This document shows positions 24,546-37,826 of a stretch of 40,579 nucleotides of DNA, in pieces. Both the position numbers and the translations under genes were made by a program. This DNA is from Octopus bimaculoides (Eukaryota), in the NCBI RefSeq assembly GCF_001194135.2, contig NC_068999.1, forward strand, positions 39,656,113 to 39,696,691, written 5' to 3'. The first letter of the stretch is position 1; each line of letters begins with the position of its first letter. Below the pieces are notes generated by a model, which was not told the origin of the DNA, made no database searches, and saw only the letters and a program-made list of their open reading frames with translations.

Positions 24546-25754
24546 ATACGTAGTTGTTTACATATATTCCTGTTTGCTTCACTCTCTATATTGCGGTTAT
24601 GATGGCGTTCCTTTAAGGTATATTTTATACGATTGACCCCCATACTTCTCTTGGCTTTGATACTTAATTTTTCCAACTCTATTTTACAGTATAATTTCTC
24701 GAATAAACTCCGCTCGAGCTCTTGAAATAGATCATGATAAAAAATGTATGGAAAGAGTCATAGATATGTAAAAATAAGCAGATACATATGGCATGAGTGT
24801 GTTCCCTGTGAGTTTACCAAATTTTGCTCATAAGAATGCTTTGTTAATCCTAATTTGTTGAAATGGGAGAATTACAGAATGTACAACGTTGTCGATACAC
24901 ATTAAAAATGCGTGTTCAGTAAAATCTTTCATACTCTATCATGCACACATGCAGACACACACACACGTACGCATACGCACATACACACAGACATGTATAG
25001 GTTTGTGTATGTATATAACTGCACCATTGTCTATACTTATAAAGAGTTTTCAAATTCTAAAGGCAAATTCGGATTAATTCGACAAGGATCTGCTATTCAT
25101 CCATTCAGGTGGACTTCGATACCTGTTCATACACGTCCTGTCGCAAATCAAAGCAAAAACTGTCTTACGTTAGCACAACCTCCTCCACACACCTATCGTG
25201 TTCAATAGTCTAGTTATAAGTGTCACTAAGATGATTCCGAGCCGGTCCTGAAGTAAAGACATTTTCGACGCCACTCCGGCTATTAAAAATGAATCTTTGG
25301 CGTCCGGGCCCTAACATACACAAAAGGAAGCATCACCGTAATGTTTTTGGTTTGCCCCACCCTTCTCATTCAATGTCGTGACTTACGTGGAAAGGATATT
25401 CTTTTGGTCAGAGGACAAACATTCCATTCACTCAGATAGATGCAAGCGTTTGTTTAATAGACACAACTTAAGGGTCTGTTTCAATAGTGCGTCAAACGGT
25501 AAGAGCAACATGTGAGCATGTGTAAACCACGCGCAGAGGCATGATGCTTATGCAAGGTTAACAACGAGTGCCCAGTGGTGGGTCGATGCAATTCTGAATA
25601 TGTAGTCTATGAGGCAGAAATTGTGACCAACACTTGCGACTGAAGCGGCAGAAGGAAGTTTAACGGCAAATATACCCATTAAGGGAGCGATATATTTTCA
25701 CAAAATTAGACCAACCTAAAGGAGCATTATTGCTCTTCGTAAAAGATGAAACAG

Positions 25755-26754
25755 ATCGAGAGCTAACATTACGGTGTAATGCAATATTCGGTAGGCAAAT
25801 AGCTACTAACGTTACCATTAAATTTGTCTCCGCTATTGATGAGCATTTTCCGAAATCAAGAAATATACAATAGAGTTTTAGAATTTTTAAACAGCACACT
25901 GTTAGACTAGGTTTCTTCGCCAGAGAAATCTTCGCTAAAATTATAGCTAGCATAACAGTAGGTGAATATATGAATTCCAAAACATAATAGACAGATGTAA
26001 ACTAATTATTAGAAGCAATAGTGCTAAAAACATTTCGACAATTATAATAGCTATGTACAAAGACCTGAAAAGGTAGACAGTCAACGTAGTAAGATTTGGA
26101 ATAAAGCAATAACAGGGAACGAAAGTATAACGCACGCCAAACGGTTGGCAGACAGTGGAAGGGAGGCAACCGTTACATTTCATAATACAGCTCGACCAGA
26201 ACCAGTAACTACTTGGCAAAATTAAGTTTAAATATAACATGGAAGATTTTAACTGAAATGTTAAAATTTGCTGACCTGTAGACAGGGAATCGGGGGAAAT
26301 ATCTAGTTTTGGACTCAATAGCACAACAGGTTTTAGCATCGGGAGAAATCATTGTAGCTGTCACGGAAACAGAAACTTCTCATTTGAGAGTCAATATCTA
26401 AAGAAATAATATAGTGTACAGATGAAAGGCTACGTCTGTTGGAATGTCGCACTTTTATATAGGATCATGCTCGACAAATTTCAAGACGAGACTGGTAAAT
26501 CATTTAACTTCTTTTAGGGGCAGGGGGAAACGTATAACACGAGCTTAAACGTGTTTATCTGGTCTCTTAATGATAAAAACACTGACTTTAATACAGAATT
26601 GGAAATAATACTAAATCGGGGAAAAAGATGAAATTTATTCAGAGAAGATATATTCCATATTTTCCTGACCAAAAACAAGCTCCTTAATAGTAGACAAGAA
26701 CAAAAACCTTATAGAAGGACATTTAAATATCTCCACAGAAAAGACCTTAATTAA
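25755..26754 (+). mobile_element. Decayed Penelope-like retroelement: RT-EN linker, Cys motif and GIY-YIG endonuclease
   Basis: Manual translation: IATNVTIKFVSAIDEHFPKS...RIFKQHTVRLGF...KIIAS/(H)N (linker); CSCHGNRNFSFESQYLKK (26353-26406); NIVYR*K...FYIGSCSTNFKTRLVNHLTSFR (26408 onward; VY and YIG of GIY-YIG); NTSLNVFIWSLNDKNTDFNTELEII; *NLFREDIFHI; LLNSRQE; stop at 26752-26754. Several frameshifts and stops. Confidence 0.85.
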
Positions 26755-27720
26755 GAAGTCGACGCTAAAAGAGTAGATGCTTAGGTTTATGTGGTAACTA
26801 TCAATGTAATATCTATTTGGGCTTCATCAATTTCTAATTATAATTCTCCACACATTAAACTACATATTTGCTGCAGTACATATAGAGCGATGGCACTACA
26901 TGTAAATTAAAATGTGATTTATAAAATGAACTATTCAGTTTGTACGGACAAAGTAAGTTCTTTTTATTTAGATATTCAATTTTAATTTTATCTAAATTAG
27001 GGACCAATAGCTGTACGCAATATCTAGATCCATTGCTATTCCACCTGAGGAAAATGATTTTTGTTCTTCTTTCTAAATATAGTCTGATATATTTGAAGGC
27101 CTACTATCCTGGGAACCCACACCAAGGGCCATTAGAGGGTCCACATCCTAGCAATCTTTACAGCCATGTCACTTCAACAAATCTCCGTCTCACATATTTT
27201 GAACGCAAAACCCCCTGAGTGCCCTTGTTTTAATATTGTAATTTAGTTGTTTGGTACAGATAAAACAGCAACACATATTAATCTAAATCAAATACAATAA
27301 TGTCATCTAAAGGAGACATAGAAGTATACTTTTACAGGTACGAGGCTTTCGAAAGCCTAATATGTGTAAAATGAAAATTGAAAACGCCAAGACATATATA
27401 TATTTCACATATAGAATTATATTCGATTATGTTTAAATATAAACTTATCTGTGCTATGTCAGACTGTACCAGGTACACGGGTTGGCACGTTAGGTTTTCG
27501 TTAATTATCTGCTGGCAACTTACAAGTCTGTAACCCTAAATAATGATTTACCTTGGCACGGAACCTGTCTTCGCAAAAAATATGAATTAAATAATCTGCG
27601 AGACAGTATTTAACTTCAAATGCAGCACGGTATGCACGCACACACACATAGGCACACACACACTCATTGAAACACACACACATACATTACATGTAGATAC
27701 AAAGTGATACAAATGAGATA

Positions 27721-27759
<39 letters not shown>

Positions 27760-28959
27760 TAACAAAACTGTCCGACGAACGGGAACGTGAAACTCTGAGT
27801 AAGAGATTTTGTGATATTGCTGCTGCTTCTGCTTTTAATAAAGCATATTACTCTACCTTACTTCACATTAATGTGAAACAAGGTATCTATATATATATAT
27901 ATATATATACATATATACGAACACACACGTGTGTGTCCCATATAGAAAGCAAGGGTTTCAGGTTGATAAACGTTTTGCGATCATCCATTACCGAACTTGA
28001 CTAAATGTTACGTGCATCTTACTCGACATTCCATTTAACATAGGTACAACGGAATTTGCCCCTGCATTTATATGGTTTAGAGAATGTACTTAGAACCAAA
28101 ATAAATAACGATTATTCGCTTACGTCCTAAGGGCAGTAGTTGCTTTGTGATAGGCAAGCAAGCTTCATATCATGATATTAAACATTATCACCGGCATGAC
28201 TTTTGATTGATTTGAAACTACAAAACGCTAGAATCAGCCAAAATATAAAGTTCGATATAATCACTAAAAAACCCCAATAAGACACCTTATCAAGACAGTA
28301 GTCCCAAAAATGTAGTTCGTGAAATGATATTTTCTTTTAATATGATATTGCATACAGCAGCTCAATGCAAAATACCTATCTTAAATTTGTGTCTTCCAAA
28401 CATATAATCTGTCTCTGCAATACGAACCATTTTATATGGAATATCTTGCTTCATGTCATAAATTTAATACCAGATATTTCCATTCGCTGCATGCTTCTAC
28501 ATTTTACTACTCGTCCATTATTATGTTGTTCATTAGCGTTGAGGCATATAATTTATTGCATATAATAATAACATACAGACAATCAATTACAATTCTATCA
28601 TTCGCTAGCCACGTTTAAACTATATCTATGACAGACCTGATATGCAAATATACAGAAAAATATTCTATTGTAATTATGTATTATACAAACATGCGTAACA
28701 CAGATACTTACAAACTAGGCACTCGCATGCATACAACTATTGTACACATAGAAATAATTGCATACAAACACACACAACATACGTTTGCATATAACAGCCT
28801 ACACATCTTTCTATCTCCTATTTCTCTCAAGTTTTCTCTCTCCAACTGTCAATCAATCTGTCAGTCTATCTCTCTGCCTGACTATCTCTCTCCGTCTTCA
28901 TATATATACATACACACATACACATATGTGGGTTATGTATACGAAAGTGTGCGGGTGCG

Positions 28960-28961
28960 TG

Positions 28962-28995
<34 letters not shown>

Positions 28996-29056
28996 TATAT
29001 ACATATATATACAGCCAACATACATATATATATATACATTATATATGTAAACATCC

Positions 29057-29097
<41 letters not shown>

Positions 29098-29107
29098 NNN
29101 NNNNNNN

Positions 29108-29184
<77 letters not shown>

Positions 29185-29185
29185 T
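28960..29185. repeat. (TA)n / 10-N gap / (GA)n compound microsatellite
   Basis: Read directly; N at 29098-29107. Confidence 0.95.
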
Positions 29186-29549
29186 ATGCATACATGGCTA
29201 TGGGTGTGTACACTCATATATAGCTACCACATATCCTATCACAGTAGAGACACCTGTTTCATCACAAACATCCCAAAGATCATATCGTTTATCCATATTA
29301 AATACCAATTTCTATCATTTTGCTTTAGTCATCTTTATCCAACCAGATTCACAGGGATTGGCAAGAAATTCATTATTGAAACTCCGTTTTACATTATCTC
29401 ATAATTTATTCCGATACTATATGGTAATAAGCACACACACATACACACACACAGTCTCACACGCATCTATAGATATATAAATATATATATATAAGATATA
29501 TATCTAAACACATAAATTTATATATATGCATATAAGATATAAATAGAGC

Positions 29550-29591
<42 letters not shown>

Positions 29592-29711
29592 ACACGTACA
29601 ACATACAGGAATATGCAATTATATTTAAGTATACATACATATAATCAAACACATGCATTTATACGATATATATGTAGATATATTTATACACGTAAATGTA
29701 CATTGTTTGTG

Positions 29712-29749
<38 letters not shown>

Positions 29750-30159
29750 CACACTCACACACACTCGCGCATACACATATATTTATATGCATTCTTTGAT
29801 TTATCCAGGACACCAGAAGCTTCTCCCACGCATTCAAGCGGCAGGTAGAGCATTGAACACTAATAATAATTCTCAAATTTGTAATCAGCTCTAAATACAG
29901 CCCTTCTCGCCGCATGGAGTTGATTGTATCTAATGAGAACCATTCCATAATTGATTTCGTTGCCAGAGACAGCCTTCATGTTACAGAATAGCAGTTGAAC
30001 CTAATTGTTAGACATACACGTAATACTTCGTAGAGATGGATCTAATTCATATTGATCACTGTCATTATTATTAGAATTAAGAAAGAGGGCGGTAGATTGC
30101 TGATTTTCATAGATCGATACTAACATTCATTTGCCATGTCTTGTTAGTTTTGCGACCTT

Positions 30160-30270
30160 TGATCTAGTTTCAAATCTCAACAAGCTGGACTTTGCTTTTA
30201 CCTTTACGGGATCAATAAAATAAAGCGTCCAGTCGAGAACTTGTGTTGATGTAAGAGAATGATCCCCTCT
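30160..30270 (+). mobile_element. Degraded SINE (B box and core)
   Basis: GTTTCAAATC...GGACTTTGCTTTTACCTTTACGGGATCAATAAAATAA...GTTGATGTAA matches the family core. Confidence 0.6.
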
Positions 30271-30384
30271 TTTTGTGTTTAAATTAGAAACAATTAGTTT
30301 TTTAAAGCTGGTGGGCTTCATTAATCAATAGAACGTACATTAAAACATTGTCAAACGAAATTCGTTCCTGCTCTTTTCATTCCC

Positions 30385-30490
30385 AATTCAAATCCCATCG
30401 TGGTCAACCGGGCCCTCTACGACTCCGAAGTCAGTAGAGCAAAATACCACTTAGGCACATGGGTCAATGTAATCAACGATATATCCCTTT
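30385..30490 (+). mobile_element. Degraded SINE (B box and core)
   Basis: TTCAAATCCCATCGTGGTCAAC...GGGTCAATGTAATCAAC. Confidence 0.45.
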
Positions 30491-32158
30491 CGATATCCGC
30501 TGGCATTTTGACCTGAATTAGTTTTATGAAAAATGCTTCTACTTAACTGATCTTTTTCAGAGCAGTGTTGAAATCCATTAGGAGTATTTTGTTAGTTTTA
30601 ATGCCTGAGACAAGATTTCAAGTCCCACCGCTCTGGTCTTCGGCGTTTATCTTTACGTTATCTAAATTTAAAACATCAGTCAAGTACTTACTCGAAACCG
30701 CTTAATCGACAAGAAGTTGTTCACAAATTGCTAGCCCTATGTCTCAAAAATGATAGCTATCAGTTCTAAAAAATGCATTTTTCTGTGTGTATTGAAACAC
30801 TTTAGAAAAACAGGGAGTCCAGTGTGTGTATGTGCTTGTGGTGTTGATTTGGAAGTGGGGACCAGTCTTTGAATAAGTCGTAAATGTAGCAAACATGTAG
30901 TTCAATCTCATTAGTCAGTACAATTAGAAAAATGTCTTCTCTCTCAGCCTCAAGATAAACAAAGTACTGGGAATTACATCTGGTAGAGGAAAGAAGTGGG
31001 GGAAGCTATCTGGTTCCTGAGTAGCTTTAGTAAACTTCATTTTCTTTCAGGCTTTCACACAAGAACTCTAATTTAAAAATAAATTCCCTTGTGCCAGATG
31101 GCACAGAAAACCTTGACTAACTTGGATGATGGGCTCTGAGTTTCTTTTCTAAATGACACATTAGAAAGAAAATATTTGAAAATTTAAGAATTTATTAGCT
31201 TATTTACAGAAATTAGTTTTAATTTCCATCATGGACAGTGGGGCATGTTATTATTTGTAGGTTCATGGGAAAATATAATTGTTAGTGTCCCGTCCGTTCG
31301 TTTCATATTACATCTGATCGAGTCGTGCTACGATGTAAGGCATTCAAGCCGTTGTTGTAGGAATATATAGGATTATATGACCAAAGGTATTCTTTCCTTA
31401 TTTAGGAACGTAGTATATGATTTGAGTGTAATTTAGCTGCTTTTAACGACTTATTTCAGATGCTAAGAAATCTATGCGTAGTTAGGAGGTGAGACGCTGT
31501 TAAGAAGCTTTTCTTATGAACCGCCATCAATTCATCGGGCAAGAGTTAATAATTACAAGACATCACTCTCATTTAATGCACAGTTCAATCATCCCTATTT
31601 TAAGTACATAATTACATCTAACGGATTCGACAAATCTAATGAAATCACTTCGTCATAATAAAGAGACGAAATTTTTCATTTTCTTTTTTGAAATTGAAAT
31701 TCATTAGTTGTATTAATTAGCAAATTCACTTATAGTGTATTGAAGACATAACAATGAAACTCATTAAGGTTGAAGAATATGTTCATCTGAATTCATTAAA
31801 ATAAGTATCGAGGAAAAAAGACATAAATCAAATATTTGTTTGTTTGTCCAAACAAAATGATTGTTTTGTCGCAATAGTCTTAAAATTTCCCGATGAATGA
31901 AACGTATATTGGGAAATCATGTTGCTTCTGAGTAAATATGTATGTTTCTATATCAACTGAGTTGATAAAGAAGTAGTATGTTCTGTCTGTCTATCTGACT
32001 GGCTGTATGTCTAGCTTCCAAACCTGGCTACTTATCTAGCTTCTTCAATATCAATTTATTAGGTGGAGTAGACGCTGCCGCGTGTGTCTCCGGTAATTCT
32101 CCGCGGGAACGCTGTCGCGGCTGAGCACATTATTTCTTGTACAATATGTGGGCCATAA

Positions 32159-32374
32159 GGCGGCGAACTGGCAGAAACGTTAGCACACCGGGCGGAATGC
32201 TTACCGGTATTTCGTCTGTCTTTACGTTCTGAGATCAAATTCTGCCGACGTCGACATTACCTTCTATCCTTTCGTGGTTGATAAATTAAGTCCGATTTGC
32301 TTACTAATCAACTGGCCCCACCTCCCCAAACATTTTGGGCCTTGTGGCCTTGTGCCTAGTGTAGAAAAGAATAA
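32159..32374 (+). mobile_element. tRNA-derived SINE, near full length with an internal deletion
   Basis: GGCGGCGAACTGGCAGAAACGTTAGCAC head, B-box-like GAGATCAAATTC, and tail GGGCCTTGTGGCCTTGTGCCTAGTGTAGAAAAGAATA. Confidence 0.9.
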
Positions 32375-33889
32375 AATGTGTGCGCTATCCCGCCTTCTCC
32401 CTCCAAATTCAGTTGCTTTATCCCCACCACCTTTTTTGTTGCCCTTCCTTTCTTTTCCTTCCTAATTTCTCTTCTCTCCTGTTTCTTTATATTTCAACGT
32501 TCTAATAAAATAAAAATTACAATTGAAAACAGTCGATTACAATGTTTGTATCCATGTATATAATAAAATGTGTCGTCCTTGGATGAGGGAAAAGCAAAAT
32601 TAACATTTTCAGAATTCAATGCATTGAGGTAAGTGCAATGAAAACCCCCTCAATCATTTTGTATGGTGCCGTAAAGATTTTGTCAATTCGTTGTGTAGAG
32701 TTTATACAGAGTTAGTAGGGATTATTCTATTACCTTCAGCTGCATTAAACTGGTTCTACTAACTCCCCACGGGAATCTTTCTTTCGTCATTTCTTCGTAC
32801 ATAAACGCAATGAATTCAAGAATGATTCGTATCGTAGAAGAGCCTATCATTATTACAGTTCATATACATAATTCAGTCGAAACTACAGCCCTTTATGATA
32901 CTAATGATTTAGGGAACAGTATTTTTTTTTGGTCCAGTCAAAGAGATAAGTGCAGTGCCAGTCCTATGTCATTCTCAGTTGCTCCCAGTGTTGACAAAAT
33001 GAAGAGACAGAACGAAGCTCTTCCACGAAATGGAGAAACTAGCTGCTTGATTGCCAGTGAGTGAACTCCATTAATGAGAGCCACGAACTAAATGGCGGTT
33101 GGAAATTAAGCTGGCGGTATAAATCTAAAAGCCTTTAAATCAGAACCCAAGGAACTGAAACAGTTAGTACACACCTTCACCTTTAAAGGGTTAACAATCG
33201 CTCAAAACCCACCAATCTAGACTTGTGACTTATATTTACAACTACGAAAGTATAAACTGGAAATTTAGCTAAAATATTCAGGACTGAACTCAGAATGCTA
33301 AGAGCTACAATTTTTGCTGCACGGCAAGGAACTCTATTTGTCTTTTTTTCTGTTTCTAACCATTGTACTGTTCACCAACAATTCATACCACATGCCTCAC
33401 CTTTCTTCTTAATTTGCATTTCGTCTCAAGTACTGAATATCTGTAAACGAATAAAATCAAGTGAATAATAATATGCTCTTGTATTGCAACACTTGTTAAT
33501 ACTTGTATGCATATTGTACTGTAAATAAAATTGCATGTAAACATAGTGTATGTTAGAAATATGACATGGAGCTTTATAATACCATCCGACGCATTGCATT
33601 GGAGCTATATTTAAATTGAATTAAGCTAAGTGCGTTAAACAAAACGGTAATGGACATGTCGAAATATAAATATTAATGTATGACTTGGCCATAAATGTTT
33701 TAGCGCGAATATTTGTGAAGATGTATGGAGACATTTAGATTTCATTGTACAATAATAACCAGCAATATATGTACATATTTATGTTTATGTGTGTGAATAT
33801 AAGTTCCACTTGGTATCACACTTTCTTTCCTTCGATCACACGAATATACTATCATACATGCATAAAGACACATAAATACAAACATAAAC

Positions 33890-33922
33890 ATATATATACA
33901 CATATATACGTACATATGTACG

Positions 33923-33970
<48 letters not shown>

Positions 33971-34075
33971 TATAAATATATATATACGTATATATATATT
34001 TATATATATATGTCTGTGTATGTGTATATATATATATGAATACGTATCTATATATGTCGCTATATACATATGTAT
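33890..34075. repeat. (TA)n-rich compound microsatellite
   Basis: Read directly. Confidence 0.95.
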
Positions 34076-34589
34076 ATTTACATAAACACACAGAAATGTG
34101 TATGTATAATTACAAGTTACATATTAAAAGCTGAGATTTTAAATATGCATTATTATATAAGAAGACATTTACGAACATTTGTCTCGGACCTCTAAGCACG
34201 TGTCTATCACATTCGTGGTGAAGGTGTTAATAATTACACTTAAGAAACTCTGCCATTATTTCTTGTCAAAATTATTGGAATAAGTCCACATCATATACCA
34301 CATGAGGACTATCGATAAATTCGTAGCCACTTAACCACCAACAGATAAGCTATTTCACTATTTCCTTACATAATCATCTATCAAAATTGAATTACATATT
34401 TATGGCAATAATTCATTTTAAGAATTCGAATATTTCATTTTATTGTTTTCTTTTTACCTCGAATAAATGGATGTCGCCATGACTTTCCAAGGAGCTTCGA
34501 AATATGACATCGATATGGTTTCCTTTTCATTTTAACAACTAGCATTCTATATGTTTCGGATGTTGGAAAAGAATGCAACGGAGTGAAAC

Positions 34590-35260
34590 TTATGCCGTTT
34601 AGGCCCTTGTCAAGTGAGAGACAGAAGAAGGACTGGTTTTGTGTTGGGAGAGGATATAGGTAAACTTTAGTGCATATTCCTTGCAGAGAGTGTCAAGGCT
34701 GGTTGCCTTGTTCTATTCAAATGATTCAAGGTACATAAGCAATTGGCAATGTGGGCAACAACCACCCGAGTTACGAGTGCACCTGTAATTTTTCAGTCCT
34801 TATAAATCGGATGCTGGGGCTGATTAGCTATGACACCCTCTCAAGTAAGTAGTTGAAGAATTTCCGTGACGTATATTGAACAAACGTGAAATTGGTTCTT
34901 TACCTCCTGCTCATCTGTCTCCGTGGATCATGATTGAACCACTGATAAAAATAAAACGTGGGATTGATGGTGCTGCTGGACATCAGTTGGCTTAAAGTGC
35001 CATATGATCTGGAAAATGCAGACTCTGATTAACATGCGGACGTGCTTGGGCAGTCAAAATAAGACATTAGTCTCGCCATTCGATAGGTGCTTGACGGTGA
35101 TGGTTTGGTTTAACGGGAATTGAAGGTCATTAGCACACCTCCAGTGTGTGAAAACATCGGTCTTAATTCAAACCCTCTTTATATATGGTGAAGGGTAAAG
35201 AGATTGTTTGAAGACAGTTATTTTTTGCATCCAGAACAAATATTCTAAAAGTGTTGTTAG
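34590..35260 (-). mobile_element. Decayed non-LTR retrotransposon AP-endonuclease region, RTE-like
   Basis: Ordered motifs across frameshifts: CLQT (35216; cf. CLQET); GGVLM (35142); STETDEQEVKNQF (~34925; cf. PT...EEVKD.FY); GALVTRV (cf. GDFNARVG); LCKEYALKFTYILSQHKTS (34690-34632; cf. LC.E..L..TNT.FQHK). Confidence 0.55.
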
Positions 35261-36193
35261 AGATCGGGTTAGAGTAATGCCAAAATATGTGGAGCCGGCA
35301 GATATATTGCTGGAGGGGTAAAATAGTTAAGATTTAACATGGAATAACTCGAAGTCTCTGTTGGTATCAAAGTGAAAGATGTGAAATACAAAGATTAGAA
35401 TGTAAATATGCAATGAGCCACACACTTTAGAGTGCAGCAGGTAAGATTTGAGAGATGTTTGCATTGAAGGTGAGGGAATATGATATGTGGCATACGTGTC
35501 TGTAGGTTGTGGTATATCCTAGATCACGAGAAAAAAGAAGTGTAACATTTTGGCAAATTCAGCAGTAATTTCATTACTTGATATTTGCGCAGCAGTTTTC
35601 ATTTGCTTTGGTTTCTTTTGTGACTGTCGATGACAATTCGAAATATGATTTATTGTTGCCTCCTAACTACATCCCTGTAAGCATGTAACTTGAATAGATT
35701 CTCTACATGGTGTTAGTTTGAAGACAGCAAAATTCCTTCCATGCCTGGTATTCCTCCTTGAGCTCTCTGCGAAGTAATCCAAGGGAAGACGTTATGAGAT
35801 AAAGTACTGGTTTTGGAGTCACCATCACATACACTTCCTTATTTTCTCCATGTTTGTTTTCCTAGCAGACTTTCGGTAGTCAAAGATTCCCCATTTGCTG
35901 TTGGTTTCCCTGTCAGTTTAACACGGCAACCACTAAAAAAACCCAGACACACTATTACCTATAGACCAATACCAATAGAATAATGAACAATCAGGATTAG
36001 CGCCACGGACATATGTACATATAGGGGCCGATTTCAGATGATATTACAATTAGTTCAAAGGTTTAAGCCATGGGGCTCTGGCAGTATTCGCTCTCTTACA
36101 CTCATGTACAAAAGATAACAGCTTATTCTTGGATAAATATAAGTGTATGCAAATCATACAGTCATACATTAACTATGTAACTTTTAAGTAACA

Positions 36194-36238
<45 letters not shown>

Positions 36239-36477
36239 NNNNNNNNNNNNNNNNNNNNNNNNNNNNNNNNNNNNNNNNNNNNNNNNNNNNNNNNNNNNNN
36301 NNNNNNNNNNNNNNNNNNNNNNNNNNNNNNNNNNNNNNNNNNNNNNNNNNNNNNNNNNNNNNNNNNNNNNNNNNNNNNNNNNNNNNNNNNNNNNNNNNNN
36401 NNNNNNNNNNNNNNNNNNNNNNNNNNNNNNNNNNNNNNNNNNNNNNNNNNNNNNNNNNNNNNNNNNNNNNNNNNNNN
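36239..36477. other. Assembly gap
   Basis: Run of N flanked by (TA)n. Smaller gaps lie at 37139-37164, 37775-37784 and 39465-39474. Confidence 0.99.
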
Positions 36478-37062
36478 ATATATATATATATATATATAGG
36501 GTTACCAAAAATTTAAGCATTACAACGATTGCCCCTCCGAGATGCGATATCACAGGTCTATGCGTCATGTTGATTAGTTTCCACATTTTGTTGTTTATTA
36601 GTGATAGCGAAATGCTTTAAGATCTATTCTAAAATTTCAACCACCATGTAGACTAATACGAATATTACATCTTCCAGTTTTCATAGCAAAAACGTGAAAT
36701 TTCTTGAAGATATTTCCGTTGAATTCCATCAATATATTAGAGAATAAACCGTTCCTATCGCATTTCCCTTTGATGCGGTTTAGTGTTTCTATAAACGTTG
36801 CACTGCTAAAATGCTGCTATATGATTCGCCGTTATGTTTGATAATATTCTTATATTTCTACATTATATTCATTTATCGGTGCCATTTCAATATTTATTGT
36901 TTTTGTTCTCACATACATAATGCAGATCTGAACATTTGTCCCTCTTCTTCCTTTCTCTTTATATCTTCATTTTTTTTTCTTTTCTTTCATCATTCAACTT
37001 TGCCGATTCAATTTATGCGTATTATTTCATTCATTCTGTCCACGATATTTTTGAGTATTTCT

Positions 37063-37105
<43 letters not shown>

Positions 37106-37734
37106 CACAGACGTGTATATATATATATATATATATATNNNNNNNNNNNNNNNNNNNNNNNNNNATATGCATATATATTTGGAGACGCACATACATAAAC
37201 ATACGTGAAAATACTTTTTATTTCCGTCAATGTCAGAATATTTTATTGATGGAACGGAAGATATTATGAATATTTTTACTTTTTGAAAAATATCTGGCAT
37301 GACGATATTTATTTTCTTTTTATTCTTTCAAACTTACTTCCCGTCTTTTTCCAGCAAATCATACTTTATTCAAGATTTGTGTCAGCGTGATTTTCATATT
37401 TTGTAAAATAATAAACGCTGTGATAATTGATATTGTTTTCAATGATGGCTTCTTTGTTTTGACATAGTTTTTATTTTCAGTTTACTATCGTAGTTATTGT
37501 CGGTGGAAATGTTTGTAATTTTAGCTCCTTCACACAAATAAATATTTCAGTCTCAGTTCTATTATAGGGTAGAAGAGAATTGCTGCAATTATCCTACGTA
37601 ATTGGAGTTCATATTGTATGTATGTGTGTATGTATGTATGTATTTATGCATATATATATATATATATGTATGTATGGAGCTAGGTAGGTTAGTAGGAAGG
37701 TAGGTAGGTACCTGTCAAACTATCTGTATATTTA

Positions 37735-37774
<40 letters not shown>

Positions 37775-37784
37775 NNNNNNNNNN

Positions 37785-37826
<42 letters not shown>

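Noticed and set aside
25660-26339. Minus-strand ORFs of 106 and 130 aa
   Set aside because: Antisense shadows of the decayed plus-strand Penelope-like coding region.
35997-36011. TTAGCGCCACGGACA, resembling half of the RE1/REST site
   Set aside because: The second half-site is missing, and a partial match in 40 kb is uninformative.
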